Assembly: GCA_029262335.1 (NCBI GenBank)
Contig: JAJCZQ010000017.1
Span: forward strand, 4,033 to 68,032
Reading direction: 5' to 3'
DNA from: Deltaproteobacteria bacterium
Lineage (GTDB): Bacteria; Desulfobacterota_D; UBA1144; Nemesobacterales; JAJCZQ01
DNA length: 64,000 bases
How positions within the stretch are numbered: position 1 is the first letter of the stretch; every line of letters starts with the position of its first letter. The position numbers and the translations under genes are program-made. The notes beneath the pieces were generated by a model. The model saw only the letters and a program-made list of their open reading frames with translations. It made no database searches and was not told the origin of the DNA. Below are positions 1 to 9,040 of the stretch, in pieces.

Positions 1-1
1 G

Positions 2-165
2 ATCGGCAAGCCTGTAAGCACTGAAAATACTAAAGTAAAATTCCAGATGGACAAAAAACACCCGCTTTATAAACTGAAGCCAAAAAAAGTTGACTGGGCA
101 GTCTGGATACAGGGAAGTTTTGTATACCCGCAGTACCAGGTAATTCATGAAACAGCTAAAAAATA
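2..165 (+). CDS. 3' end of an upstream gene, hypothetical protein (partial)
   Basis: Open frame runs from the window edge to TAA at 163-165 and is followed by a hairpin terminator. No recognisable motif. Confidence 0.3.
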
Positions 166-185
166 ATGTATTTGAACATATTAAA

Positions 186-216
186 AGCCCGGCTGGAAAC
201 CCGGGCTTTTTTATTT
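186..216. terminator. Bidirectional rho-independent terminator
   Basis: AGCCCGG-ctggaaa-CCGGGCT followed by a T-run, with an A-run on the other side. Lies between convergent genes. Confidence 0.7.
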
Positions 217-222
217 TAGATA

Positions 223-579
223 TTATTTCCCGGGAAGTTTCTTTTTCCTGTCATTCTCGTCCAGGTTTACCAGGGTAATATTTGTCTCAAATATAAGTTT
301 TTTTTCATCTTCCCGAAGGTTGCTGTATACAACAACATGATACTGGACCGATGTGGTTCCAACATTTACTTTTTCAAGTTCAAATTCAAGTATCAGGCCT
401 TCTTTTACATTTGCTTTAAAAGAAACTTCATCCATTCCAACAGTAACGAGTTTGCATTTGGGATAATCAAGGCTTGCTGCAATCCAGGCGTATTCGTCTG
501 CCCATTTGAGGAGATTTCCTCCAAATATGTGGCCAAACTGGTTTAAATGTTCGGGCATTACAAGTTTGTAACTTTTCAC
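223..579 (-). CDS. Acyl-CoA thioesterase, hotdog fold (YciA/4HBT-like)
   Basis: N-terminal MPEHLNQFGHIFGGNLLKWADE motif typical of hotdog thioesterases. Length 118 aa. Confidence 0.75.
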   Translation of the reverse strand: MKSYKLVMPEHLNQFGHIFGGNLLKWADEYAWIAASLDYPKCKLVTVGMDEVSFKANVKEGLILEFELEKVNVGTTSVQYHVVVYSNLREDEKKLIFETNITLVNLDENDRKKKLPGK

Positions 580-1007
580 TGGTCCTCCGGCGGTGTTATC
601 TTATACCCTTCTTCCTGCCACTGTTTTATTCCGCCAAACTGGTAGATATGCTGGAATCCAAGTTCAGCCATAATGTCTGAAGAAGCAACTGCTCTTCTTC
701 CAGAGCGGCAATAAACGGCATAAGTCTTATTTTTATCCAGCTTACTGATATTGTCTTTAAAATCATCAGCCTCGTAGTCGATATTTACTGCATTTTGAAT
801 ATGGCCGGTATTAAATTCACGAGGGGTCCGTACATCGAGTATTACAAAATCAGGGTTGTTTTTATTCTTATCGATAAGTTCAGAACCTTCTTTTATATTA
901 AGGTTCTTTACAGTTGTTATGTCAGGCGGGACATCTTTGCAGCCAAGTAAAACAGTTAAGGTGAATAAGGATATAACTAATAATCTTGTTTTCTTCATAA
1001 TAAGCAT
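576..1007 (-). CDS. Rhodanese-domain lipoprotein (sulfurtransferase)
   Basis: Signal peptide with lipobox LLGC. CRSGRR active-site loop (Cx2GxR) characteristic of rhodanese. Confidence 0.8.
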   Translation of the reverse strand: MLIMKKTRLLVISLFTLTVLLGCKDVPPDITTVKNLNIKEGSELIDKNKNNPDFVILDVRTPREFNTGHIQNAVNIDYEADDFKDNISKLDKNKTYAVYCRSGRRAVASSDIMAELGFQHIYQFGGIKQWQEEGYKITPPEDQ

Positions 1008-1124
1008 AATATAGTCATTTTAAAAAAATTTAAAAACCACCGAAGGGTTTTTCATCCTGTGTCGTATAAATATATAAAAGCTAAGGCCAAACGCTTAAAA
1101 TAAATAATTTTCGGAGGCAATACT

Positions 1125-1559
1125 ATGAATAAGAATTTAATACTCGCAACAGCACTATTTGCAACAATCGGATTTTCAATGTCGGTAATAGGATATCCGC
1201 TCCAAAAGCTCGAATCGTTTTCCAAATTACCGCAGGACAAACAAACACTTGTTGTTGAAACTATGGACACAGTCCGTACTGAAAACAAGGAGTTGAGACA
1301 GCAGGCTAAAGAGATAAAGAAGGCTATGAAAGGTGTGTTGACAGCCCCTGAGTTTGATGCAAATGCGTACCAGGCTTATGCTGACCAGTACCAGGCCTTA
1401 AAGGTTCAGATGATGGTAGCCAAGACCGGTGCAATAAAGGACTTGGCTTCACAGATGAATCAGCAGGAAAGGGAAGTACTGTTGGAAATTATGCCAAAAG
1501 GTAAAAAAGGACATGGTAAATACCATGGAGAAAAAAGAAGTGAAAGAACTATACAGTAA
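1125..1559 (+). CDS. Periplasmic Spy/CpxP/ZraP-like (LTxxQ family) protein
   Basis: Signal peptide, helical and Q/K-rich. LTAPEFDANAYQ and KDLASQMNQQEREVLLEI resemble LTxxQ-family periplasmic chaperones. Paralogous to 2621..3106. Confidence 0.55.
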   Translation: MNKNLILATALFATIGFSMSVIGYPLQKLESFSKLPQDKQTLVVETMDTVRTENKELRQQAKEIKKAMKGVLTAPEFDANAYQAYADQYQALKVQMMVAKTGAIKDLASQMNQQEREVLLEIMPKGKKGHGKYHGEKRSERTIQ

Positions 1560-1650
1560 CAGCAATATCAGGCAGGCGGATTCAATATCCGTCTGTCTTT
1601 TTAATATTTTTACCCCTTCAATTATTTCCCAGGCAGTTAATATTTCATCA

Positions 1651-2202
1651 ATGCCGAGTGAACTTACTGATCCACAGCTTCTAAAATTAATTCAGGACGG
1701 AGACAAATCCGCATTTACAGAGCTTGTAAACCGTCACGCAAACAGGTTTTACAGGATATCGTTCAGGTTTCTTAATAACAGGGACAATTCGGAAGATATA
1801 GTACAGGATGCATTTTTAAAACTATGGAACAATACAGGTCTCTGGAAGTCCGATTTTGATGCAAAGTTTACCACCTGGTTTTCAAGGATCATCATAAATC
1901 TTTGCCTTGATTTAAAAAAGAAAAACAAAAGCAGTCTTGAGATCGATGATATGCAAATTTCGGGAGGCGGCGAAACACCTGATCAGGCAGTGTCAACAAG
2001 GCAAAGTAATGAAATATTGAACAGATACCTTGAGGAGCTTCCCGACAGGCAGCAGACTGCTATAAATCTTTGTTTTTACGAGGGCTTCAGTAACAGGGAA
2101 GCAGCAGAGATTATGGAGATTAATATTAAAGCATTAGAGTCACTGCTTATGAGGGCAAAGGCCAGTTTAAGGGAAAAACTTGTGAGCGAGGAGGGCGTTT
2201 AG
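1651..2202 (+). CDS. RNA polymerase ECF-type sigma-70 factor
   Basis: The GDKSAFTELVNRHANRFYRISFRFLNNRDNSEDIVQDAFLKLW block matches sigma-70 region 2, and there is a C-terminal region-4 HTH. An internal ATG at 1651 was chosen over the overlapping 1513 extension. Confidence 0.85.
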   Translation: MPSELTDPQLLKLIQDGDKSAFTELVNRHANRFYRISFRFLNNRDNSEDIVQDAFLKLWNNTGLWKSDFDAKFTTWFSRIIINLCLDLKKKNKSSLEIDDMQISGGGETPDQAVSTRQSNEILNRYLEELPDRQQTAINLCFYEGFSNREAAEIMEINIKALESLLMRAKASLREKLVSEEGV

Positions 2203-2628
2203 ATGGACAGGGAACAGTTTATTGAAAATTTACAACTATACGGGGCTGATATTGAAAAATGGCCTGAGGCAATAAGGCAGCAGGCATTAACAGCTTACCG
2301 GAATGTCCCTGAGATTAAGGGCCTGGTTGAAAGTGAAAAAGGTTTTGAATCGATGCTATTGGAAAGGGCCGTAGATGAACCAAGCTCAGATTTTGAAAGA
2401 AGAATAACTCTTTCGGCTAAGCCAAAGATAGAAAAAGAAGAAAAAGCTTCAGTATTCAGCAGTATTTTTGATCTGATAAGTATCCCAAAACCTGCCTTAA
2501 CAATGGCATTCTTACTGCTTTTTGGTTTTTCTCTTGGTTTTTTCTACGATACATACGCTGATACTGGTGAAGATAACATAGATCTTAGTGAATATATAAC
2601 TTTTGATGAGGGGGAGTATTATGAGTAA
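2203..2628 (+). CDS. Putative anti-sigma factor (single-pass membrane protein)
   Basis: Start immediately follows the sigma factor stop. One TM helix (LTMAFLLLFGFSLGFFY). The call is by position only. Confidence 0.45.
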   Translation: MDREQFIENLQLYGADIEKWPEAIRQQALTAYRNVPEIKGLVESEKGFESMLLERAVDEPSSDFERRITLSAKPKIEKEEKASVFSSIFDLISIPKPALTMAFLLLFGFSLGFFYDTYADTGEDNIDLSEYITFDEGEYYE

Positions 2629-3106
2629 AAAAATAAAGACTGTTCTTACCGTTTCGATAATCCTGAATGTATTGCTGCTGGGTGTTTTAATCGGAATGTC
2701 GGCTGATGATTATAAAGACCATAGAAACAAACGGGCAGAATTTCGCAGTGCAGTTGATAAACTTCCTGCTGAAAAATCCAAATTGGTCAAAAAAACCATG
2801 AGGGGCCTTCATAAAGAGACCAGGAAAATCAGAAATGAAGTAAAAAAAACCAGGAAAAATATTAATAAAATAATCAGTGCTCCCGAATTTGATGAATCAG
2901 CATATGATAAAGAGATTGAAAACCTTCAAAGACTACAGTCTGAAATAATGCTCAAATTCGGAAAGGTCACAAAAGAACTAGCAGTCCAGCTGGAACAGGA
3001 CGAAAGGAAAGTAATTGCCGAATTGCTGAAGAAAAGGACCTTTAAACACCAGAGGCATGATGGACCAAAACCCCCAAAGGGGCTTGACCAGCCGCCGTCA
3101 TTTTAA
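2621..3106 (+). CDS. Periplasmic Spy/CpxP-like (LTxxQ family) protein, paralog
   Basis: ISAPEFDESAYDKEIENLQ...LEQDERKVIAELL parallels the 1125..1559 product. Signal peptide present. GAGGGGGA RBS lies before the ATG at 2621. Confidence 0.55.
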   Translation: MSKKIKTVLTVSIILNVLLLGVLIGMSADDYKDHRNKRAEFRSAVDKLPAEKSKLVKKTMRGLHKETRKIRNEVKKTRKNINKIISAPEFDESAYDKEIENLQRLQSEIMLKFGKVTKELAVQLEQDERKVIAELLKKRTFKHQRHDGPKPPKGLDQPPSF

Positions 3107-3161
3107 TAATTACCATACAGGCCCGGAGGGTACAGGGCCCATATAGCAATTACCTTCATAC

Positions 3162-3398
3162 CTATTTCAGATCATTAATAGCTGCACCAAAATTTATATG
3201 ATAGGTGTTATCCCCTATTACAAGCGCCGGTACTGACTGAACACCACTTGATTCGGCTTCGCCGATCCTTCCGCTTTGTTCACCAAGATGGACCATTTCC
3301 ACTTCATACTTTTCCTGGTCAAGGGAGTTGGCCAGCCCCTGTTCTGCGTCAACACATACCGGGCATCCGGCATGATAAAAAATAGCCTTGGTTTTCAT
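3162..3398 (-). CDS. Glutaredoxin/thioredoxin-fold small protein (CPVC motif)
   Basis: 78 aa with a CPVC dithiol motif near the N-terminus. Confidence 0.55.
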   Translation of the reverse strand: MKTKAIFYHAGCPVCVDAEQGLANSLDQEKYEVEMVHLGEQSGRIGEAESSGVQSVPALVIGDNTYHINFGAAINDLK

Positions 3399-3471
3399 AA
3401 AACAAGACCTCCTTATTTATTATAGTATCGACTCAATACTAACAATAAAAAAATAATTTGTCAAGAATGTT

Positions 3472-4053
3472 TTGATCCGATACTATTTTGCTATGAGCCT
3501 GACAAATATTCTCAATCTTGTGGACAGTATAGGTAATTTACTTAGGTCTGAAGAGAAAAAATTCCTTCAGCCGCTGGGCCTTCAGCCTATTCACCTTCAT
3601 GTGCTTATGTATCTGTCCATGTGTAACAAATATAGTAATAATCCCGCAGCTTTAACTAAATATCTGGGTAACACCAAGGGTACTACTTCACAGAGTATTA
3701 ATGTACTTGAATCAAAGGGATACCTTGTTAAACAAAAGAGTAAGAAGGATAAAAGAATCGTTAAGCTTTATCTGACAGAACAGGCAACAGAGATCATAAA
3801 AAAACTTTCTTTTGAGGATTCTGAAGACTTTTTTAATGACAGGAGTATGGAAATAACAGAGAATGTATTAACAAATATCCTTAAATCACTACAGCTTTCA
3901 AACCAGAGTATGACCTTCGGTATATGTAAAACATGCGACTTTTTTATAGACGAGGGGGACGGGTTCAGATGCGGGTTGACTGAAGAAGTGCTGTTTGATT
4001 ATGAGATAGATCTTGTATGCCAGGAGCACGAGTCCGAGCTCCAGGATATCTAA
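3472..4053 (+). CDS. MarR-family-like transcriptional regulator with C-terminal Cys-cluster domain
   Basis: Winged-helix region (HLHVLMYL...SQSINVLESKGYLVKQKSKKDKRIVKLYLTE). C-terminal CKTCDFF...RCGL...VCQEHE. Confidence 0.6.
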   Translation: MIRYYFAMSLTNILNLVDSIGNLLRSEEKKFLQPLGLQPIHLHVLMYLSMCNKYSNNPAALTKYLGNTKGTTSQSINVLESKGYLVKQKSKKDKRIVKLYLTEQATEIIKKLSFEDSEDFFNDRSMEITENVLTNILKSLQLSNQSMTFGICKTCDFFIDEGDGFRCGLTEEVLFDYEIDLVCQEHESELQDI

Positions 4054-4054
4054 C

Positions 4055-4414
4055 CTATTCGCTAACCCAGCTTTTTGCTTCATCTATGTCTTCAAAGGAA
4101 AAACATTTGATTTCTATACTGCCAAACAGTTTATCAGAAAACTCACCGAGTCTTTTAACCCAGGTCTTATCGGTAACGACTGCTTTTTTATCAAATTTTC
4201 CAAAATTCTTGACTCCAAATTTGAGGTCTTTGAAAAAAGCTTCCAGCGATATACCTTCGAAGTTTTCCATTTCAACATAAACACTGAGTTTTTCGGAATT
4301 TTTAAACTTTTCTTTGGCAAGTTTAGCTGTTTTCTCTATATCCTCTGTGCTGATCCTGCCTTTGATAGCCACACCAAGGATTTTTTCATTATCAAAATCA
4401 ATTATTTCAATCAT
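4055..4414 (-). CDS. STAS/SpoIIAA-like domain protein
   Basis: 119 aa. Pattern resembles STAS-type (DUF3478-like) small proteins. Weak recognition. Confidence 0.45.
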   Translation of the reverse strand: MIEIIDFDNEKILGVAIKGRISTEDIEKTAKLAKEKFKNSEKLSVYVEMENFEGISLEAFFKDLKFGVKNFGKFDKKAVVTDKTWVKRLGEFSDKLFGSIEIKCFSFEDIDEAKSWVSE

Positions 4415-4632
4415 AGTACTTATAGTATAAACACTTAATAACCATTAAGTATTAAATTATTTTTATCCGTTGCATACTTTAAAACCTTCTATATTCTAAA
4501 CAATAAAATCGATTTGCTGATCTTTAACAATAGAATAATTACTACATGTTGCCAGTCAGGGGTTTATTAACATCCTTGTCTAAATTTCCATAAGGGCGGT
4601 TGGAGGAAATCTTATACAGGGAGGTGATAAAT

Positions 4633-4926
4633 ATGAAGAATTTTATAGTTCTTTCAGTACTGGTCTATACTCTTAGTCTTTCATTGCCGCAGTCAGGCCC
4701 GGGCCATATGTCATTATATGAGTCCACCGAAATCGAAAACCGTATAAATTCGGATTTCGAGATTCAGGCTGTGCAAATGGAACTGATGAGTTTTTATACG
4801 GACCCGGATTCATACAAGATGGTTCCATCTTACAGTCCGGTAATCGGTAATTACAGTCAGAAAAAGCCGGATAATAGTAATCTTGAAGTATTCGGCGTTA
4901 AAATACCTACAGAAAATCTTAAATGA
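4633..4926 (+). CDS. Small secreted hypothetical protein
   Basis: GGAGGTGA RBS, ATG at 4633, N-terminal signal peptide. Followed by a strong terminator. Confidence 0.4.
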   Translation: MKNFIVLSVLVYTLSLSLPQSGPGHMSLYESTEIENRINSDFEIQAVQMELMSFYTDPDSYKMVPSYSPVIGNYSQKKPDNSNLEVFGVKIPTENLK

Positions 4927-4950
4927 TATCCGGATGGCGGATTAATACTG

Positions 4951-4986
4951 CCCGGGCAAAGCATATTATGCTTTGTCCGGGTTTTA
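4951..4986 (+). terminator. Rho-independent terminator
   Basis: CCCGGGCAAAGCAT-att-ATGCTTTGTCCGGG followed by TTTT. Confidence 0.8.
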
Positions 4987-5069
4987 TAAATTTCTTTTAT
5001 TTAGGTTATCTCAGCCTATACTAAATATTATTAAATTTTATTAAGGGAAAGATTTTTAAGAAAACTTAA

Positions 5070-7751
5070 ATGAGAATATTCACAGGACTTATAATCGTTG
5101 TTGTTATTATTGGCGCACTAATGGCTTTTGCGTTATTTAACCTAAGCAGCCTTGTTAATAAGAATAAGGGAGTTGTTATTTCAAAGATTGAATCCAGTAT
5201 CGACAGGAAAATAGAGGTCGGCGAGATAGGTGTAAGCATATTTGGCGGGCTTGGACTTTCGCTGGATAATTTTAAAATAGAAGACGACAGGGCATTTTCT
5301 CAGGGTAACTTTGTAGAAGCATCGCAGCTGATTGTAAATGTTAAGTTTCTTCCGCTCCTTAAAAAAGATTTCCAGGTCAAAAAATTTACACTCGATGACC
5401 CCGTGATAAACCTGATAAGAAGTAAAAACGGGACATATAATTTTTCAAGCCTTATAAAAGAATCTGAAAAAGAAACAGATGAAGACGGAAAGGAGTCTTC
5501 ATATTTTATTGGTATTGCTGATATTACAAACGGAACGCTAAACTACGAAGACAGGAAAGACAACACTAAAATCCAGGTTACAAATATTGATTTCAGTTCA
5601 GAGGGGATTGAAAAAAATAAACCCGTTAATTTTGAACTCGCAATGGCGGTTCTGTCCAAAGGCCAGAACATTAAAATAGAGGGTACTGTTGGGCCGGAAG
5701 ACCAGGCAGGAGGTTTTGAAAACGCACCGGTTGACCTTTCGGTGGATATTGATTCGGTAAATTTTGCCGATCTTAATAAAAACTTTCCACAGATTAAAGG
5801 ATTACTGCCCGAGGGCCTTGGGCTAAACGGGCCTCTTAAAACAAGTTTTAAAGCAAAGGGTACAGGATCAAAATTAGAGATAAATGATTTAAACCTTAAA
5901 GGTGCCGTATTTGGTTCAGGGGAGCAGAACCTGCACATAAGCGGCAATGCTGGCCCGGTAGGGTCTGCAGCAAAGGGAAATGTAAAACTTGATCTCAATT
6001 TTTCCCTTGATCCAGTGGAGTTTCAAAATCTTAAGAACTTTAAGCAGATTGGAGATTCAATTCCGAAAGAACTCAGCGGTGAAGGGCCGATTAAGTTAAA
6101 TGGAAAAATCAGCGGTACACCGGAGAATCTTTCACTCTCTTCTGTGGTATTTAACGCTACAGATACCAAACTTACCTACGGTGATTTATTTGCAAAAGAT
6201 AAAGGTACACCTTTTACTGTCAGTACTGATACCGAAATTGGTAAATCCGATATTAAATTCACTAAATTAAACATACTGCTGAATAAACTCGAAACTGATA
6301 TTAAGGGGACTATGGGCCTTGGGGATAAAAACAGTTTTGACCTTTCAATTATTTCAAATAACGCTGACCTTGGATCGCTGGCTGATAACCTTTCTTCGCT
6401 TAAAGACTATAAAGTAAACGGCAGCCTGGATGTTGATATTAATTTAAAAGGCACGAGCGATGACCCCAAAATTTTTGGTACTGCAAAGCTCATTAATGTA
6501 GGAGCAAGTCCGGAAGGACTGGTAAAACCGGTTACCGGGATAAACGGTACTGTTAATTTTACGGGAAACGGTGCTACGCTGGATAAAACTGAGATTGATA
6601 TAGGCGGCTCCAGAATGTATGTTGAAGCAAATCTTACGGATTTTTCTCCGCTTACAGGTTCCTATGACCTTACAGCAGACGAAATTCATCTTTCCGATTT
6701 TTCAAAAAATGCAACAAAGGGTGAAGTCTTTAAAGACGTAAATATCGCCGGGAACATAGACGCCGACGGGACCCAGACTGCTGATATCAGCTCCAGTAAC
6801 GGGAAAATCTCAAAGGTGAACTACAAAAAACTAAACGGCAAAGCCACATTAAAAGACGGTGTTGTTGATTTTAATGATTTTAAATTTGATTTTCTAAATG
6901 CCAAGTTCAAATCAAACGGCACTTTTGACCTGAGCGGTGATGTACCCAAATTCCAGATGGACACCGACCTTACCGGGGTAAGTGTAACTGAGCTGGCAAA
7001 GACATTTCTTAATCCTACCGAGTATCCGCTTGTGGGAGTTTCAACCATAAAACTTGCCTTTAAAGGCATTGGTAAGGGTTGGGAAGAAATAAGTAAAACA
7101 CTCGAGGGTAAGGGTAGTGTAGAGATCAATGAAGGCGGGATCAAAAACGTAAATATTGCAGACAGTGTAGTTGGTGGGATTACAGGGGTCCCCGGCCTTA
7201 CTAACTTTATCTCCGCCGATACCAAGGAAAAATACCCATCGGTGTTTAAAAGCAAAGACACAAATTTTTATAATTTTAAAACGCCTATAAGTATAAAAGA
7301 CGGCAAAGTAAATATGGACAACATTAATATAAGTGCAAAGGACTGCAGGATAAACGGCAAGGGTTACGTGGGCCTCGATGGGTCTATGGATATGAATGGT
7401 GTTGTCGCACTTTCGGGTGATATGTCCGATAACCTTGTTGAACAAAAAGACCTTGTTAAGTACCTAAAAAATAACAAAGGAAATATAGAGATTCCATTTA
7501 AAATGGACGAGTCCATGACACCCCAGCCTGATATGGACTATCTGCAAAACTCTTTCCAGAGGGCCGCGAAAGACAAGTCAAAAGAAGAGCTTAAGAAAAA
7601 GATTATTGAAAGCCTAAGCAGTAACGATGAAGACGAAGAAGAAGCCGAGGGCCAGAACCTTGCGCCGGGTGAAAAACCAAAACCCAAAGAGAAAAAAGAT
7701 GGCCTCGACAGTCTTATAGATGAAGGGTTGGATAAGGTGTTTGGGTTTTAG
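5070..7751 (+). CDS. AsmA-family outer-membrane biogenesis protein
   Basis: 893 aa. N-terminal TM anchor, long repetitive beta-rich body with GT..N.T... repeats, C-terminal AsmA-like region and acidic K/E tail. Confidence 0.75.
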   Translation: MRIFTGLIIVVVIIGALMAFALFNLSSLVNKNKGVVISKIESSIDRKIEVGEIGVSIFGGLGLSLDNFKIEDDRAFSQGNFVEASQLIVNVKFLPLLKKDFQVKKFTLDDPVINLIRSKNGTYNFSSLIKESEKETDEDGKESSYFIGIADITNGTLNYEDRKDNTKIQVTNIDFSSEGIEKNKPVNFELAMAVLSKGQNIKIEGTVGPEDQAGGFENAPVDLSVDIDSVNFADLNKNFPQIKGLLPEGLGLNGPLKTSFKAKGTGSKLEINDLNLKGAVFGSGEQNLHISGNAGPVGSAAKGNVKLDLNFSLDPVEFQNLKNFKQIGDSIPKELSGEGPIKLNGKISGTPENLSLSSVVFNATDTKLTYGDLFAKDKGTPFTVSTDTEIGKSDIKFTKLNILLNKLETDIKGTMGLGDKNSFDLSIISNNADLGSLADNLSSLKDYKVNGSLDVDINLKGTSDDPKIFGTAKLINVGASPEGLVKPVTGINGTVNFTGNGATLDKTEIDIGGSRMYVEANLTDFSPLTGSYDLTADEIHLSDFSKNATKGEVFKDVNIAGNIDADGTQTADISSSNGKISKVNYKKLNGKATLKDGVVDFNDFKFDFLNAKFKSNGTFDLSGDVPKFQMDTDLTGVSVTELAKTFLNPTEYPLVGVSTIKLAFKGIGKGWEEISKTLEGKGSVEINEGGIKNVNIADSVVGGITGVPGLTNFISADTKEKYPSVFKSKDTNFYNFKTPISIKDGKVNMDNINISAKDCRINGKGYVGLDGSMDMNGVVALSGDMSDNLVEQKDLVKYLKNNKGNIEIPFKMDESMTPQPDMDYLQNSFQRAAKDKSKEELKKKIIESLSSNDEDEEEAEGQNLAPGEKPKPKEKKDGLDSLIDEGLDKVFGF

Positions 7752-7772
7752 GAATGTCTGGAAAGATATAAG

Positions 7773-7809
7773 AAAAGGGAGCAAAGAATAATTTCAATGC
7801 TCCCTTTTG
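7773..7809. terminator. Conserved family-B hairpin terminator, copy 1, bidirectional
   Basis: AAAAGGGAGCA-aagaataatttcaa-TGCTCCCTTTT. Shared by the convergent AsmA and paralog-1 genes. Confidence 0.8.
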
Positions 7810-7845
7810 ATTAAATTGTTTTTAATTTACTAAACTAGGCCTGGT

Positions 7846-8847
7846 TTATGATGGATCGATGTCGAAAAAGTTGTCAGTAAAGAATGAATCAAATGAACCT
7901 CTTCCATTGCCGTTGTTAAGTCCTACATAGCCAAAAGCAGCATCTGTTTCTTCACCTATGTTCTCAATTGTTAATATAACTTCACCCTCAGGAATGATGT
8001 TGCCCGGGCAAAGAAGTTCCCCACCTTTACTGTTTGGAATAACGTTGTTGATACCATATTCATACCTTGCTACTGAAGCAGAGGAACGTTCAAATATAAA
8101 TCCACCCTGACTAGCTTGAGTCAGTATTTCCTCTATAAGTGGATTATTCTCATCTACACATGAAAAAACAACGTCACGGCATGAAAAAAGAACCTCGTTG
8201 TTATTGATAATATCAACATCTACAGCAACCCATGTACCAAGTACATTATCAAGGGTTGCTTCAAATATACCTTCACCAACAGAGTCTGTACTAAGAGCGA
8301 TTCCAAATACATCTGAAAGTACTACACCGCTTTCAGAGTTGTAATTAAAGTATGCAGTTGGAAATTGTTCATCAAAAGGGACTCCAACCGAATTGGTAAT
8401 TGCATTGGTCCTGTACTCATAACCAAGGTTGTCATTAATCCTGATATTTCCAATTAATGGCTGAAATATTTCCATGCCTTCATTTACAGGCACAGAAGCG
8501 ACAATTATACCATAGGCATCATCCGGAAGGACTACCCCTGAAGGATTAGTGTCATTTGTTAATATGTTTCTCAGGTTATAAATATGTGTGTCGTTTGGCG
8601 TATAAGCATCAAAAAAGTTGTTCTCGTTACAGAGATTAGCAACATTATAGATCTGTACATGTACTGTCTGACTTGATGAATCTACATTTGTAATCTGGAA
8701 GAAAGACTCCCTGTCCCTCAGGTCAAACGGAACAATTAAAAATATTCCCGCATTGTCTGTTTCCGGAACTATTCCAAAACCGCCGGAAAGAGTATTAGAG
8801 GCAGGAAAAATTAAGGTGATTAATAAGATTAATGTTAATGTTCTCAA
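7846..8847 (-). CDS. Secreted protein, novel paralogous family, member 1
   Basis: Signal peptide. Conserved blocks DLRDRESF, NLCNENNFFD, NDTHIYNLR, GYEYRTN, FSCRDVVFSCVDENNPLIEE, YEYGINNVIPNSKGGELLCPGN, GLNNGNGRGS. TTG start with GGAGG SD. Confidence 0.85.
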   Translation of the reverse strand: MRTLTLILLITLIFPASNTLSGGFGIVPETDNAGIFLIVPFDLRDRESFFQITNVDSSSQTVHVQIYNVANLCNENNFFDAYTPNDTHIYNLRNILTNDTNPSGVVLPDDAYGIIVASVPVNEGMEIFQPLIGNIRINDNLGYEYRTNAITNSVGVPFDEQFPTAYFNYNSESGVVLSDVFGIALSTDSVGEGIFEATLDNVLGTWVAVDVDIINNNEVLFSCRDVVFSCVDENNPLIEEILTQASQGGFIFERSSASVARYEYGINNVIPNSKGGELLCPGNIIPEGEVILTIENIGEETDAAFGYVGLNNGNGRGSFDSFFTDNFFDIDPS

Positions 8848-8973
8848 AATAAAATCCTCCTAAATATTAATTTTGCTTATTTTACAACATTTAAAGTATA
8901 AATACCAGCTTATAGTATATAAAAAAGTAAAGTTTATATATTTGATTTATAGAGATTAAAAGAATTGAGAAAT

Positions 8974-9012
8974 AAAAAAAGGGAGCAAAGAATAATTTCA
9001 ATGCTCCCCTTG
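8974..9012 (-). terminator. Family-B hairpin terminator, copy 2
   Basis: AAAAAAAGGGAGCA-aagaataatttcaa-TGCTCCCCTT, downstream of paralog 2. Confidence 0.75.
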
Positions 9013-9040
9013 ATTAGTGATCTAAGTTTATTTTTTGCTA

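Noticed and set aside
1513-1650. N-terminal extension of the ECF sigma factor ORF overlapping the Spy-like gene.
   Set aside because: Sigma-70 region 2 begins right after the internal ATG at 1651, and the extension would overlap the upstream gene by 47 nt and adds no domain.
4013-4438. Plus-strand ORFs (4013..4438, 4017..4280) overlapping the STAS-like gene.
   Set aside because: They are mutually overlapping, have phenylalanine-rich low-complexity translations and lack an RBS. The minus-strand gene has the coherent domain-like sequence.
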